64,000 bases of DNA from Minisyncoccota bacterium (lineage in GTDB: Bacteria > Patescibacteriota > Minisyncoccia > Phycocordibacterales > UBA2100): assembly GCA_022842645.1 (NCBI GenBank), contig JALHPE010000002.1, positions 149,047-213,046 on the forward strand, given 5' to 3'. Shown one piece after another: positions 55,784 to 64,000 of this stretch (the stretch's first letter is position 1; the number at the start of each line of letters is the position of its first letter). Below the pieces are notes generated by a model that worked only from the letters and a program-made list of their open reading frames with translations, was not told the DNA's origin and did not search any database. Position numbers and translations under genes: made by a program.

Positions 55784-57244
55784 TCACTTCGCCAAATCGA
55801 GCGTTTCGTCGATGCGGATCTGCTTCACAAATTCGGGAACGTGCGAGACGAGTATCATCGCCCCCTCGAACTGATCAAGTGCTTTTGCGATAACGGGCAA
55901 GTGCCGAAAATTCATGTGATTTGTTGGTTCATCGAGAATAAGAAGCCCGGGGCGTAGGAGCACGAGTCTCGCAAGCGCGACAAGCCCCTTCTGCCCTTCC
56001 GAAAGATGCCCAATCTTCGCGTGGATCATTTCCGGTGAGATGAGAAAGCCTGCTGCCGTTGCTCGCAATTTCTCTTCAATCTCAAGCTTCATCACCTTCG
56101 CTAGTTCTTGGTACACCGTTGCTTCAAAATCAAGGTTGGAGAAATCTTGGCGGTAATACCCGACGCGGATGCCGCGCAGTATTTTTGCTCCTTCCGCACT
56201 TCCGCCCGCAATTGATTCGAGGAGCGTTGATTTTCCAATACCATTAGGACCCGTGAGGAGAAGGTGCGTATTTTTCTTGAGCTCAATGTTTTTTGTATGC
56301 GTCTTCGGCTTGTGATCTTTCAAGGTTGTGTACGAGGTAATCATGAGGATGGGACCGGAGAGATCTTCTTGTGCGGGAATAAGAAATGGCTTGATGGTTT
56401 TATCTTCCTTGCGCACATCCACAACATCCTCTTCTGCCTCTTCAATCTTGGTGCGCATTTTTTTCGCAACAAGACGCATCTTGCCTCCTTTTTGTGCAAA
56501 GAAGTTCATCTTCTCTTTGCTTGCGGCAATGGTTTTCTCCAGCTGTGCGTTTTTCATGTTTTCCTTCTCCACGCGCGCCGAGATATCACGAAGCACATTC
56601 GAGTAGTTCCCCACATACTGCTCCACCTTGTGCGTATGCACATCGAGATAGAGAACACCCTGCGTGAAAGAATTTAGGAATTCTGCATCGTGCGAAATGA
56701 CGATGACAGTCTTTTGGTAGTCGATGAGGAATTGTGTGAGATGTTTGATGCCCTCTTTGTCGAGATTGTTCGTCGGTTCGTCGAGGAGAAGAAGGTCGGG
56801 AATCTGAATAAGCGCAGAGGCAAGAAGAAGCCGCGCCTGCTGGCCGCCGGAAAACGACTTTATGATGCGCTCATGCATTTTTGCATGACCCTTCAAATTA
56901 ACGACCTCAAGAGCTTCATCGATGCGCGGATCAATGTCGTACACTTTTTCAGGAAACATTTTTTGGAAAAATTCGCGTACCGTGAGATCCATTTCGGCGC
57001 GTGGGATCACTTGTCGCGCCGTGGCTATCGAGAGCTTACCCTGTCTATGTATCTTCCCGCTCTCAGGGACTATCTCCCCCGTCATTAATTTGAATATGGT
57101 GCTTTTCCCTGCGCCGTTCTGGCCCATGAGTGTAATTTTTGAGCCGCGACGTATGGAAAAACTTGCCTCTAGGAGGATGGGTTTGCGTGGTCCGAATTCG
57201 TGTGAGACGTCTTCGAAGCGTAGTATAGTTTCGTCTTTTGACAT
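55784..57244 (-). CDS. ABC-F family ATPase (tandem ABC domains)
   Basis: Two Walker A sites (GQNGAGKST; GPNGIGKST) and two signature motifs (SGGQQARL; SEGQKGLV). Confidence 0.85.
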   Translation of the reverse strand: MSKDETILRFEDVSHEFGPRKPILLEASFSIRRGSKITLMGQNGAGKSTIFKLMTGEIVPESGKIHRQGKLSIATARQVIPRAEMDLTVREFFQKMFPEKVYDIDPRIDEALEVVNLKGHAKMHERIIKSFSGGQQARLLLASALIQIPDLLLLDEPTNNLDKEGIKHLTQFLIDYQKTVIVISHDAEFLNSFTQGVLYLDVHTHKVEQYVGNYSNVLRDISARVEKENMKNAQLEKTIAASKEKMNFFAQKGGKMRLVAKKMRTKIEEAEEDVVDVRKEDKTIKPFLIPAQEDLSGPILMITSYTTLKDHKPKTHTKNIELKKNTHLLLTGPNGIGKSTLLESIAGGSAEGAKILRGIRVGYYRQDFSNLDFEATVYQELAKVMKLEIEEKLRATAAGFLISPEMIHAKIGHLSEGQKGLVALARLVLLRPGLLILDEPTNHMNFRHLPVIAKALDQFEGAMILVSHVPEFVKQIRIDETLDLAK

Positions 57245-57297
57245 TGTGGCACCTTACCATGCATCGCGTAGTACTGGGAGATACGCAAAAACTTTTA

Positions 57298-57546
57298 TCA
57301 AAGCACCTGGCTTCTGACAAGTGTTATTTTCTGAGACCGTGATAGTTTTTTAATTGCCGCTTCGCGCTTCGATGCACTGCTTCGGTTTCGTTTTCGTTCG
57401 AGATACATGATTGTTCCCGCACGTTTTGCACGCGTATATTTTGCTCCTTTCCCGCGTTTATGTTCATCGAGTCGGCGCACTACATCGGTCGTTATACCGC
57501 AGTAGAGCGAGCCATCGTTGCATTTGAGAAGATAGACGAAATACAT
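57298..57546 (-). CDS. GIY-YIG nuclease family protein (UPF0213-like)
   Basis: MYFVYLLKCNDGSLYCGITTDVVRRLDEH. Confidence 0.7.
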   Translation of the reverse strand: MYFVYLLKCNDGSLYCGITTDVVRRLDEHKRGKGAKYTRAKRAGTIMYLERKRNRSSASKREAAIKKLSRSQKITLVRSQVL

Positions 57547-57774
57547 ACTGCGCCTGTATCAATAGATTACTACTTTTGCTGAACCTGTATATGAACTACT
57601 GGGGAAGAATGATGCGGAGCATCTTTCTTCCGGTTTTTCCAGTCACGCATATTCGCCTGGTGACGAATTGCGCGACCCCATCTCGGCGCCGTCGCGCCTG
57701 CGATCTTGCGAAGTTGCTCAGCAACTTCTCACCTTCCTCCACGGGAAAACAAGATGTTTTCCCGACCCCTTTCT

Positions 57775-57841
57775 CGTTCGAATCCAGGTCGGAGTGTGCG
57801 CAGGCACACTCCTTCCGGCAATAAAACGCCATGCTCTTTTA
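57775..57841. repeat. inverted partial copy of the tRNA-Gln T-arm/acceptor (CGTTCGAATCCAGGTCGGA) plus hairpins downstream of tRNA-Gln
   Basis: GGAGTGTG-CGCAGGC-CACACTCC hairpin; CCGGCAATAAAA...TTTTATTGCCGG perfect 12-bp stem overlapping the tRNA 3' end. Confidence 0.5.
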
Positions 57842-57912
57842 TTGCCGGACCTGGATTCGAACCAGGATAGAGAGCTTCAAAGGCTCCAGTCCTACCATTA
57901 GACGATCCGGCA
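57842..57912 (-). tRNA. tRNA-Gln (anticodon TTG)
   Basis: TGCCGGA acceptor, D-arm GTCT-AATGGTA-GGAC, anticodon stem GGAGC/GCTCT with loop CTTTGAA, T-arm CCTGG-TTCGAAT-CCAGG. Confidence 0.75.
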
Positions 57913-57933
57913 GCTAATCCGCCTTATAGTGCC

Positions 57934-58986
57934 CTACTTCTCACTCGACTTCAAATTACTCTGCGTACTATCAATAATCGCCATCTCGAGCGGGAGGTGC
58001 GGCACGGCTGCGTAGGTCATGGTCGCGTATGCCTCAAGAATTGTACGGAGCATATCGGAATTGACGCTCGGAAGTTTTGCAAGCCCTTGAGCGAACACAA
58101 CATCCTCAGCGGAAAGCTCTTTCGCAAACGAATCGGCTAATTCTGGCGCATAGCGCATGAGGAGTGCCACGCGAAGGCGATGAATGAGAAGCCGTGCTAA
58201 GACGCGCATGTCGAGATTATCGTGCACAGCACTCTCTAGAGCTGCAAGCGCAGCTGCAGTATCTCCGTGCGCAATTGAGCCAAGAATTTGGCGCACCACT
58301 TCGCTTTTTGGGGCACCCGTCACTTTGAGAGCCTCCTCCACGCTCACTTTCTTATCCGATGAAATGGTGAGGATCTTCTGCAAAATAGAGAGTGCGTCAC
58401 GAAACGAGCCGTCTGCTAGCATAGCTACCAATTCTGCAGAACCACGCTCCATGCTAAAGCCCTCCTTCTGTGCGATATCGGTCACAATTTCTGCGAGCAT
58501 TTCGCGTGTAGGCTGCTTGAAGGTATACACTTCACAACGCGATTGAATAGTGTCGGGCACTTTCTCACGCTCGGTTGTTGCGAGAATAAAAAGGGCGTGC
58601 GCAGGTGGCTCTTCGAGTGTCTTCAAAAACGCATTCCACGCCTCTTTGGTGAGCATATGCGCCTCGTCAACGATGTAGCACTTATAGGGGCTCTCAAACG
58701 GTATGGCGTAGACTCCCTCACGAAGTTCGCGCATTTCGTTAATGCCACGATTGGAAGCAGCATCAATTTCATACAAATCTTTTTCACTCACCCCAAGCTC
58801 ACGCGCAAAGATGCGCGCCACAGTCGTCTTCCCCGTCCCTCGCCCGCCATGAAAAAGATAGGCATGTCCGATCTTTTTATTCTTAATTGCTGCTTTGAGA
58901 GTCTCCGTCACCTGCTCTTGGCCGCGCACACTTCCCCATTCTTGAGGGCGATAGGCACGATAGAGCGTTTGGTGTATCGTTTTCAT
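57934..58986 (-). CDS. dnaX: DNA polymerase III subunit gamma/tau (short, 350 aa)
   Basis: AAA+ Walker A GGRGTGKTT; sensor and box motifs. Confidence 0.85.
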   Translation of the reverse strand: MKTIHQTLYRAYRPQEWGSVRGQEQVTETLKAAIKNKKIGHAYLFHGGRGTGKTTVARIFARELGVSEKDLYEIDAASNRGINEMRELREGVYAIPFESPYKCYIVDEAHMLTKEAWNAFLKTLEEPPAHALFILATTEREKVPDTIQSRCEVYTFKQPTREMLAEIVTDIAQKEGFSMERGSAELVAMLADGSFRDALSILQKILTISSDKKVSVEEALKVTGAPKSEVVRQILGSIAHGDTAAALAALESAVHDNLDMRVLARLLIHRLRVALLMRYAPELADSFAKELSAEDVVFAQGLAKLPSVNSDMLRTILEAYATMTYAAVPHLPLEMAIIDSTQSNLKSSEK

Positions 58987-59069
58987 GCGAGCAGTATACC
59001 CCCACATGTATGCGAAAAATAGGTGCGAGAGTACAAGAAGCGGCGTGCCTTGTCGACACGCCGCTACCA

Positions 59070-59585
59070 TCAGAATCCAAGCTGCTTCCTCAACTCAGGA
59101 TCGTTTTTCATCATACGACGAAGGAGGTTTCTGTCCCTGTGCATACAGCGCGCGACAAAACACACGGTGAGCTGCTTCCCTGGGTAGAGTACGCGAAGCC
59201 ACTTTACACGATTCACAATACGATGGCGATGCAACGCAGTTGTCTTCACAACGCATAAACCTTCGCAGATTGACGCCTCGTGACGTTTCAACCAATTACG
59301 TACAGTATTCTCACTCGCTTTCGAGAGTACTGCCACTCTACGTAGAGTAACGAGTACATCGCGTTCCGCGAGAAGCCGCATACTATCAACGTATGCACCA
59401 TCAAGCGGCTTGCGTCGTACCACACCAAGCTCCTGAGCAAGTCCAGTAACTCGCGTAACATAGTTACGTGCAGTTTCAATGGTGACTCCCACCTCTAAAG
59501 CAAGATGATCAATGGTCACCTCTGTGCCTTTACCGCGAAGTGAATGACTTGCTCTTCGCAGTGCAGCGATCGAGACTTTTTCCAT
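59070..59585 (-). CDS. hypothetical protein, possibly DNA-binding
   Basis: ORF; two HTH-like segments. Confidence 0.3.
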   Translation of the reverse strand: MEKVSIAALRRASHSLRGKGTEVTIDHLALEVGVTIETARNYVTRVTGLAQELGVVRRKPLDGAYVDSMRLLAERDVLVTLRRVAVLSKASENTVRNWLKRHEASICEGLCVVKTTALHRHRIVNRVKWLRVLYPGKQLTVCFVARCMHRDRNLLRRMMKNDPELRKQLGF

Positions 59586-59624
59586 ACACACAACCTTTCA
59601 TTTCAGGGTTTTTCTCAAAGAACA

Positions 59625-60608
59625 TTAATCGATTGAGGTAAGAATTTCAAGCGCCATTCGTGCATTAGAAGCCTCCATCATTTTCGCACGCAACTCCTTC
59701 GCATGATCCCAACCCGAAAGATACGCCTTAAAATGCTTTTTCATAGTGGCAAAATTTGAGGTCTCTCCCAACAGTTCGTCAAAAAGACGGATGTGCTCTG
59801 CCAAAGCTTCGATCCGCTCTTGCGGTGAGGGTGGTGCTGCACGATCGGCATAGAGCCATGGGTTGCCATAAATCGCACGGCCGAGCATAACACCGTCGCA
59901 GCCAGTCGCTTCGGCTTTTGTGCGCGCGTCAGTAAGATCTATGACATCACCGTTACCAGTGAGGCGTGTTTCCGGACTCACGCGATCACGAATCGCAAGT
60001 GCGCGCGGAACGGCATCCCAATGCGCCGGCACAAGGGACATTTCTTTGCGCGTGCGCAAATGGAGTGTCAGATTCGCTATTTTTTCTGCCAACAGTTCTG
60101 GAAGCCAAGCATCCATTTCATCGACGTTGTACCCCATGCGCGTCTTCACAGATATTGGGAGGTGCGGCGCACCACGTCGTGCGGCACGAATAAGCTCTCG
60201 CGCGAGTTTTGGTGTTTTAATAAGTGCCGCGCCGCAACCGCTCTTCTCAACAGCTTTGTCGGGGCAGCCCATATTGATATCAATGCCATCAAAACCAAGA
60301 TCAGCCACGATCGATGCAGCTTTTTCCATGCGCTCAGGGATGGCGGAAAAAAGTTGCGCAACAATCGGCCGCTCCTCTGGCACAAACATGAGTTTCGTCC
60401 GCAGTACTTTCTGGCCATGTTCTGGGGCAAGCACGAGTCCATCCGCAGAAGTAAATTCCGTGAAAAAGACATGGGGTTTACCAAAACGCACAATAAGCCG
60501 CCGGAACGCAGCGTCTGTCACATCCTCCATTGGTGCTTGTATGAAAAACGGACGTGGCAATTGTCCCCAAAATCCGAGCATGGTTAGTACCATATCACCC
60601 TTGCGCAT
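59625..60608 (-). CDS. dus: tRNA-dihydrouridine synthase
   Basis: FMN-binding Dus motifs (APMEDVTD; IDINMGCP). Confidence 0.85.
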   Translation of the reverse strand: MRKGDMVLTMLGFWGQLPRPFFIQAPMEDVTDAAFRRLIVRFGKPHVFFTEFTSADGLVLAPEHGQKVLRTKLMFVPEERPIVAQLFSAIPERMEKAASIVADLGFDGIDINMGCPDKAVEKSGCGAALIKTPKLARELIRAARRGAPHLPISVKTRMGYNVDEMDAWLPELLAEKIANLTLHLRTRKEMSLVPAHWDAVPRALAIRDRVSPETRLTGNGDVIDLTDARTKAEATGCDGVMLGRAIYGNPWLYADRAAPPSPQERIEALAEHIRLFDELLGETSNFATMKKHFKAYLSGWDHAKELRAKMMEASNARMALEILTSID

Positions 60609-60682
60609 GTACGCGAACTGTTGCAGGATGAGGCAAGAGAAACGAAGCGGTCACGAAAACCGCCTAACCCGAGGAGACTGCA

Positions 60683-60904
60683 ATGTGCGGATTCGACGAA
60701 CTGGAAGAACACCTTAAACCTCCCCAAGACAATAGAAGACCGCTTCAAGATGTGGCCGGGGAAGAGATGATTTTCTTCCAAGAGGATGATCACAAACCAC
60801 ACCAGGAGTGGTCATGGTCGTCCTTCGGAGCAGCGGCCTATGATGTGCTTGAAATTGTGCTTATGCCGTTTCGAGCACTGATGCGGCTGATGCCACGAGC
60901 CTAG
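60683..60904 (+). CDS. hypothetical small protein
   Basis: ORF only. Confidence 0.25.
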   Translation: MCGFDELEEHLKPPQDNRRPLQDVAGEEMIFFQEDDHKPHQEWSWSSFGAAAYDVLEIVLMPFRALMRLMPRA

Positions 60905-60922
60905 AAACGTAAAAAGCGGCGA

Positions 60923-61846
60923 CTACAAATCGCCGCTTTCGTTTTGCACACTTTCACTTTGATTTTCAAATGTGTAGTACACCTTATTACCAAAACGGAG
61001 ATCGAGAGACACAAGTTCACCCTGTCTTCCCTCTAACGCTTCGCTCTGGAGTGCGTTTTTTAGATTACGCACGGCAGCTGTATCTGCGCCTTCAAACGAG
61101 AAAACGGCGGTAAATCCTGGTTCGAGGGTCACCGAAAAGTCTTTATCATTTTCTATCGTAATTTCGCGAGGTGGGAATCCTTCGGCGGTGAGAATCTCAA
61201 GAAATGTGCGCATGGGGTCAAACCGACCTTGCAAAAATCTCTGGCCAATCGGTGGTGTATCGGGGAAGAGTCCTCCACGAAAAAGGTACCCCGAAAGAAC
61301 ATCATTCCCTTCCGCAAAGATAAAGCCCTCGTCATCCATAAAGAAGCACGAGCCCCGACCGCACCAGAGCGCAAAAGATTCGCGTTCGCGCACTGTGATG
61401 TTAAGGGCTTGCGCCATGAGAGATGTGCGTGAGATCTGGACAAACTCAACGCGCGGAAATTGTTGATACAGGATTGCTTCAATATGCTCTTGGGGGTACA
61501 AAAAAATGTTTCGTTTCGAAAAAAGCGAGAACCACTCTTCTGAAAGGATGGTGTCAGTTAATGAACGAATATCGCTCTCTGGTGTTCGCTCTGCGCCCGC
61601 AATAGAAATATCAGAAACTTGAAAGCGCTCGGCGCGCGAGGCATATGCAAGCCCAAGCACGAGGAGGGAGAGTACTAGTACAACCACAAGAAGTGCGATG
61701 AGACGTTGTTTGCGTCTTCGTGCTTTGAGCCGCGGCTGTTTGGGCGCGGAAAAGAGCGGGGCCATGCGCGTTTGCGCACGCACACGGCTTAACGCGGGTT
61801 TCGCGCTTTTCCGAATATCAAGAACGTTGCGTGTGTAAGATGACAT
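60923..61846 (-). CDS. ftsQ: cell division protein FtsQ/DivIB-like (POTRA)
   Basis: Basic N-terminus, single TM, POTRA-like FQVSDISIAG...; FtsQ-type C-domain. Confidence 0.65.
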   Translation of the reverse strand: MSSYTRNVLDIRKSAKPALSRVRAQTRMAPLFSAPKQPRLKARRRKQRLIALLVVVLVLSLLVLGLAYASRAERFQVSDISIAGAERTPESDIRSLTDTILSEEWFSLFSKRNIFLYPQEHIEAILYQQFPRVEFVQISRTSLMAQALNITVRERESFALWCGRGSCFFMDDEGFIFAEGNDVLSGYLFRGGLFPDTPPIGQRFLQGRFDPMRTFLEILTAEGFPPREITIENDKDFSVTLEPGFTAVFSFEGADTAAVRNLKNALQSEALEGRQGELVSLDLRFGNKVYYTFENQSESVQNESGDL

Positions 61847-63098
61847 CTTTCCCTATATAGCCCCTCAGGACTTCCGGCACTGCAATAGAGCCGTCGGCCT
61901 CTTGATTGTTTTCAACGATGTGCGCGAGAATGCGCGGAAGTGCGAGTGCTGTGTTGTTGAGTGAGTGTACGAATTTCACGGTGCCATCCTCATCTCGATA
62001 TCGAATGTTGAGGCGGCGCGTCTGAAAATCGTGAAAATAGGATGAAGAATGCGTCTCACGATACCGCTTCTCTGATGGCATCCATGCCTCAATGTCGTAT
62101 TTCTTCACCTGCCCTAGACCAATGTCGCCCCCACAATTCACAACGACGTGATATGGAAGCTTCAACTCCTGCAAAAGTTTCTCAGAATTTTCGGTGAGCT
62201 CTTCATGGTGCTTAACACTCTCATCGTGACGCGCTTCACAGAGAATCACTTGTTCGTACTTCACAAACTCATGCACGCGGAAAATTCCTTTTTCATCCTT
62301 ACCATGCGAACCTGCTTCGCGACGGAAACAGGGACTAAACGCAAAATATTTTAGCGGCAAATCTTTTTTCTCCAGAATCTCATCCATAAAGTAGCCCATC
62401 ATGGCAACCTCTGCTGTGCCTGCGAGATAATCCCCGTCCTGCGTCTTGTAAAGATCGTCCTCGCTCTGTGGTAAATAGCCGGTGCCTACAAACGGTTCGC
62501 GACGCACAAGCGACGGCACGATAATAGGCTCAAAGCCTTCGCGATTCATAAAACGATCCTGCACGAAACGCTCAAGCGCCCAGACGAGGCGTACGCCATC
62601 GTTTTTCAAGAAGTAGCCGCGGAAGCCGGCAACCTTTGCACCACGCTCTGTGTCTACCATATCGTGCATCGCCAAAAGCTCGGCCGCGCTCTTAGGTTCA
62701 AATGAAAATGTCGGGATTTCACCCCACGTTTTTACCTCCTGATTGTCTGCATCGGATTCTCCTTCTGGCACTGAAAAATCGGGTACGTTTGGAACGCGCA
62801 CCATTAATGCGCGCCACTCCTGCATGATAGTTTCTAGTTCACCTTCTGCTGTCTGCATTACCTGCTTCACTTCGGCCATGCTTGCGATGAGCTTTTGTTT
62901 TTCCGCAGGATCACTGATCGAAACAATTTTCTGCGAAGCAGCGTTTTGCTCAGCACGCTTGTCATCAATGATTTTCTGAAGTTCTTTGCGCTTGTCGTCG
63001 AGGGAAATCAGGCGCTCGACATCCACCTCGATGTGTTTCTTTTTCGCGCCGGCAATGACAATGTCCTTATTCTCGCGGATGAATTTTATATCAAGCAT
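61818..63098 (-). CDS. serS: serine--tRNA ligase
   Basis: Coiled-coil N-domain; class II motifs (FRREAGS; GYFMDE). Confidence 0.9.
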   Translation of the reverse strand: MLDIKFIRENKDIVIAGAKKKHIEVDVERLISLDDKRKELQKIIDDKRAEQNAASQKIVSISDPAEKQKLIASMAEVKQVMQTAEGELETIMQEWRALMVRVPNVPDFSVPEGESDADNQEVKTWGEIPTFSFEPKSAAELLAMHDMVDTERGAKVAGFRGYFLKNDGVRLVWALERFVQDRFMNREGFEPIIVPSLVRREPFVGTGYLPQSEDDLYKTQDGDYLAGTAEVAMMGYFMDEILEKKDLPLKYFAFSPCFRREAGSHGKDEKGIFRVHEFVKYEQVILCEARHDESVKHHEELTENSEKLLQELKLPYHVVVNCGGDIGLGQVKKYDIEAWMPSEKRYRETHSSSYFHDFQTRRLNIRYRDEDGTVKFVHSLNNTALALPRILAHIVENNQEADGSIAVPEVLRGYIGKDVILHTQRS

Positions 63099-63107
63099 GG
63101 AAATAGT

Positions 63108-63183
63108 GTGTAGAGGGTAGTTTGTAGTGTGTAGTAATACAAAAACCCGACTTATTACTACAAACTACTTTCTACAAACTACA
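63108..63183. repeat. REP-like imperfect palindrome, copy 2 (same family as 15140-15222)
   Basis: GTAGTTTGTAGTGTGTAGTAAT ... ATTACTACAAACTACTTTCTACAAACTACA. Confidence 0.7.
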
Positions 63184-63203
63184 GACCGTGCAATCATAGC
63201 ACT

Positions 63204-64000
63204 ATGTCGAAAGAGCTCAAACAGCTCTCTGTTCTTAAATTTCCTCCCCTCCTCCACGAAATACCTGATGCACCAAAACGGTTATATGTGCGGGGGGAGC
63301 TGCCGAGTTTTGAAAAGAAATGGCTCGCGGTCGTGGGTGCACGCGCCCTTACGCCATACGGCAAACAAGCGTGTGAACATCTTGTTAAAGGACTTCGAGG
63401 CTACCCTATTGTAATCGTCTCTGGCCTCGCTTACGGTGCGGATGCGTGTGCGCATAAAGCTGCGCTTGAGGCAGGGCTCCCCACTGTTGCCGTCCCTGGC
63501 TCCGGACTTGATTGGAACGTGATGTATCCTCGCGCAAACGTCTCACTCGCACGAGAAATCATTGCCGAAGGCGGCGCGCACCTCTCTGAATTCGAGCCAG
63601 ATCAAAAAGCCGCTGATTACACGTTTCCCCAAAGAAACAGGATTATGGCGGGCATGTCACATGCGACACTCGTCATTGAGGCAAAAGAGCGCTCGGGCTC
63701 GCTCATTACCGCGCGTCTCGCCACTGAATACAACCGAGAACTTCTCGTCGTACCTGGCTCAATATTTAGCGAAACATCGCGCGGCACACATCAATTCTTA
63801 AAGCTCGGCGCAACGCCCGTAACCGAACCTGCAGACATTCTCCGTACGCTCAACCTCGATGCGGGACTTACGAAGTCCCACATACGTGACGATCTTTCAG
63901 AACATGAGCGCCGTGTCGTTGAAATTCTTGCCACGCCCTGTTCGCGCGACGAGCTCCTCGCAGGGCTTGAGATTCCTATTTCTGAAGCCAGCATTCTTCT
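63204..64000 (+). CDS. dprA: DNA processing protein DprA (Smf); 3' end runs off the window
   Basis: Rossmann-like DprA motifs VVSGLAYGADA, VPGSGLD, IMAGMSHATLVIEA. Confidence 0.85.
   Translation, partial: MSKELKQLSVLKFPPLLHEIPDAPKRLYVRGELPSFEKKWLAVVGARALTPYGKQACEHLVKGLRGYPIVIVSGLAYGADACAHKAALEAGLPTVAVPGSGLDWNVMYPRANVSLAREIIAEGGAHLSEFEPDQKAADYTFPQRNRIMAGMSHATLVIEAKERSGSLITARLATEYNRELLVVPGSIFSETSRGTHQFLKLGATPVTEPADILRTLNLDAGLTKSHIRDDLSEHERRVVEILATPCSRDELLAGLEIPISEASIL

Overview
This 64-kb window is a bacterial chromosomal segment carrying mostly minus-strand housekeeping genes. In order: a partial ahcY with an adenosine kinase (activated-methyl cycle), a MarR-regulated MacAB-type efflux operon, a compact dcw cluster (mraZ-rsmH-ftsL-ftsI-murF), uvrB-murB-uvrA-uvrC-ddl, tyrS, lysS, a Fur-family/ZIP metal locus, msrA/msrB, a two-component system next to a GcrA-like regulator, obg, an ABC-F ATPase, dnaX, dus, ftsQ, serS and dprA. 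Three tRNAs are present: Glu-CTC (-), Ala-TGC (+) and Gln-TTG (-). Many proteins are short versions (UvrC 410 aa, DnaX 350 aa, Obg 321 aa, MurF 433 aa) and the signal peptidase is archaeal-type, which suggests a reduced-genome, possibly CPR/Patescibacteria-like lineage; this is an inference from the sequence only. Two accessory loci stand out. The first (6.9-10.1 kb) is a retron-like reverse transcriptase translationally coupled to an upstream XRE-HTH gene. It is preceded by roughly 0.6-1 kb of GC-rich, hairpin-dense non-coding DNA and bounded by tRNA-Glu, which has a 19-bp direct repeat of its 3' end 175 bp away. The second (16.3-22.4 kb) is an operon of an archaeal-type SipW signal peptidase with three tandem TasA/camelysin-like paralogs carrying SipW-cognate signal motifs; the SipW ORF itself has an in-frame C-terminal extension with another cognate signal motif. 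This operon has duplicated palindromic operator modules, stacked perfect hairpins, roughly 50-bp-periodic direct repeats and a 28-aa micro-ORF upstream. Other notable items are a 12-G homopolymer inside an MliC-like gene and a REP-like palindromic repeat family.
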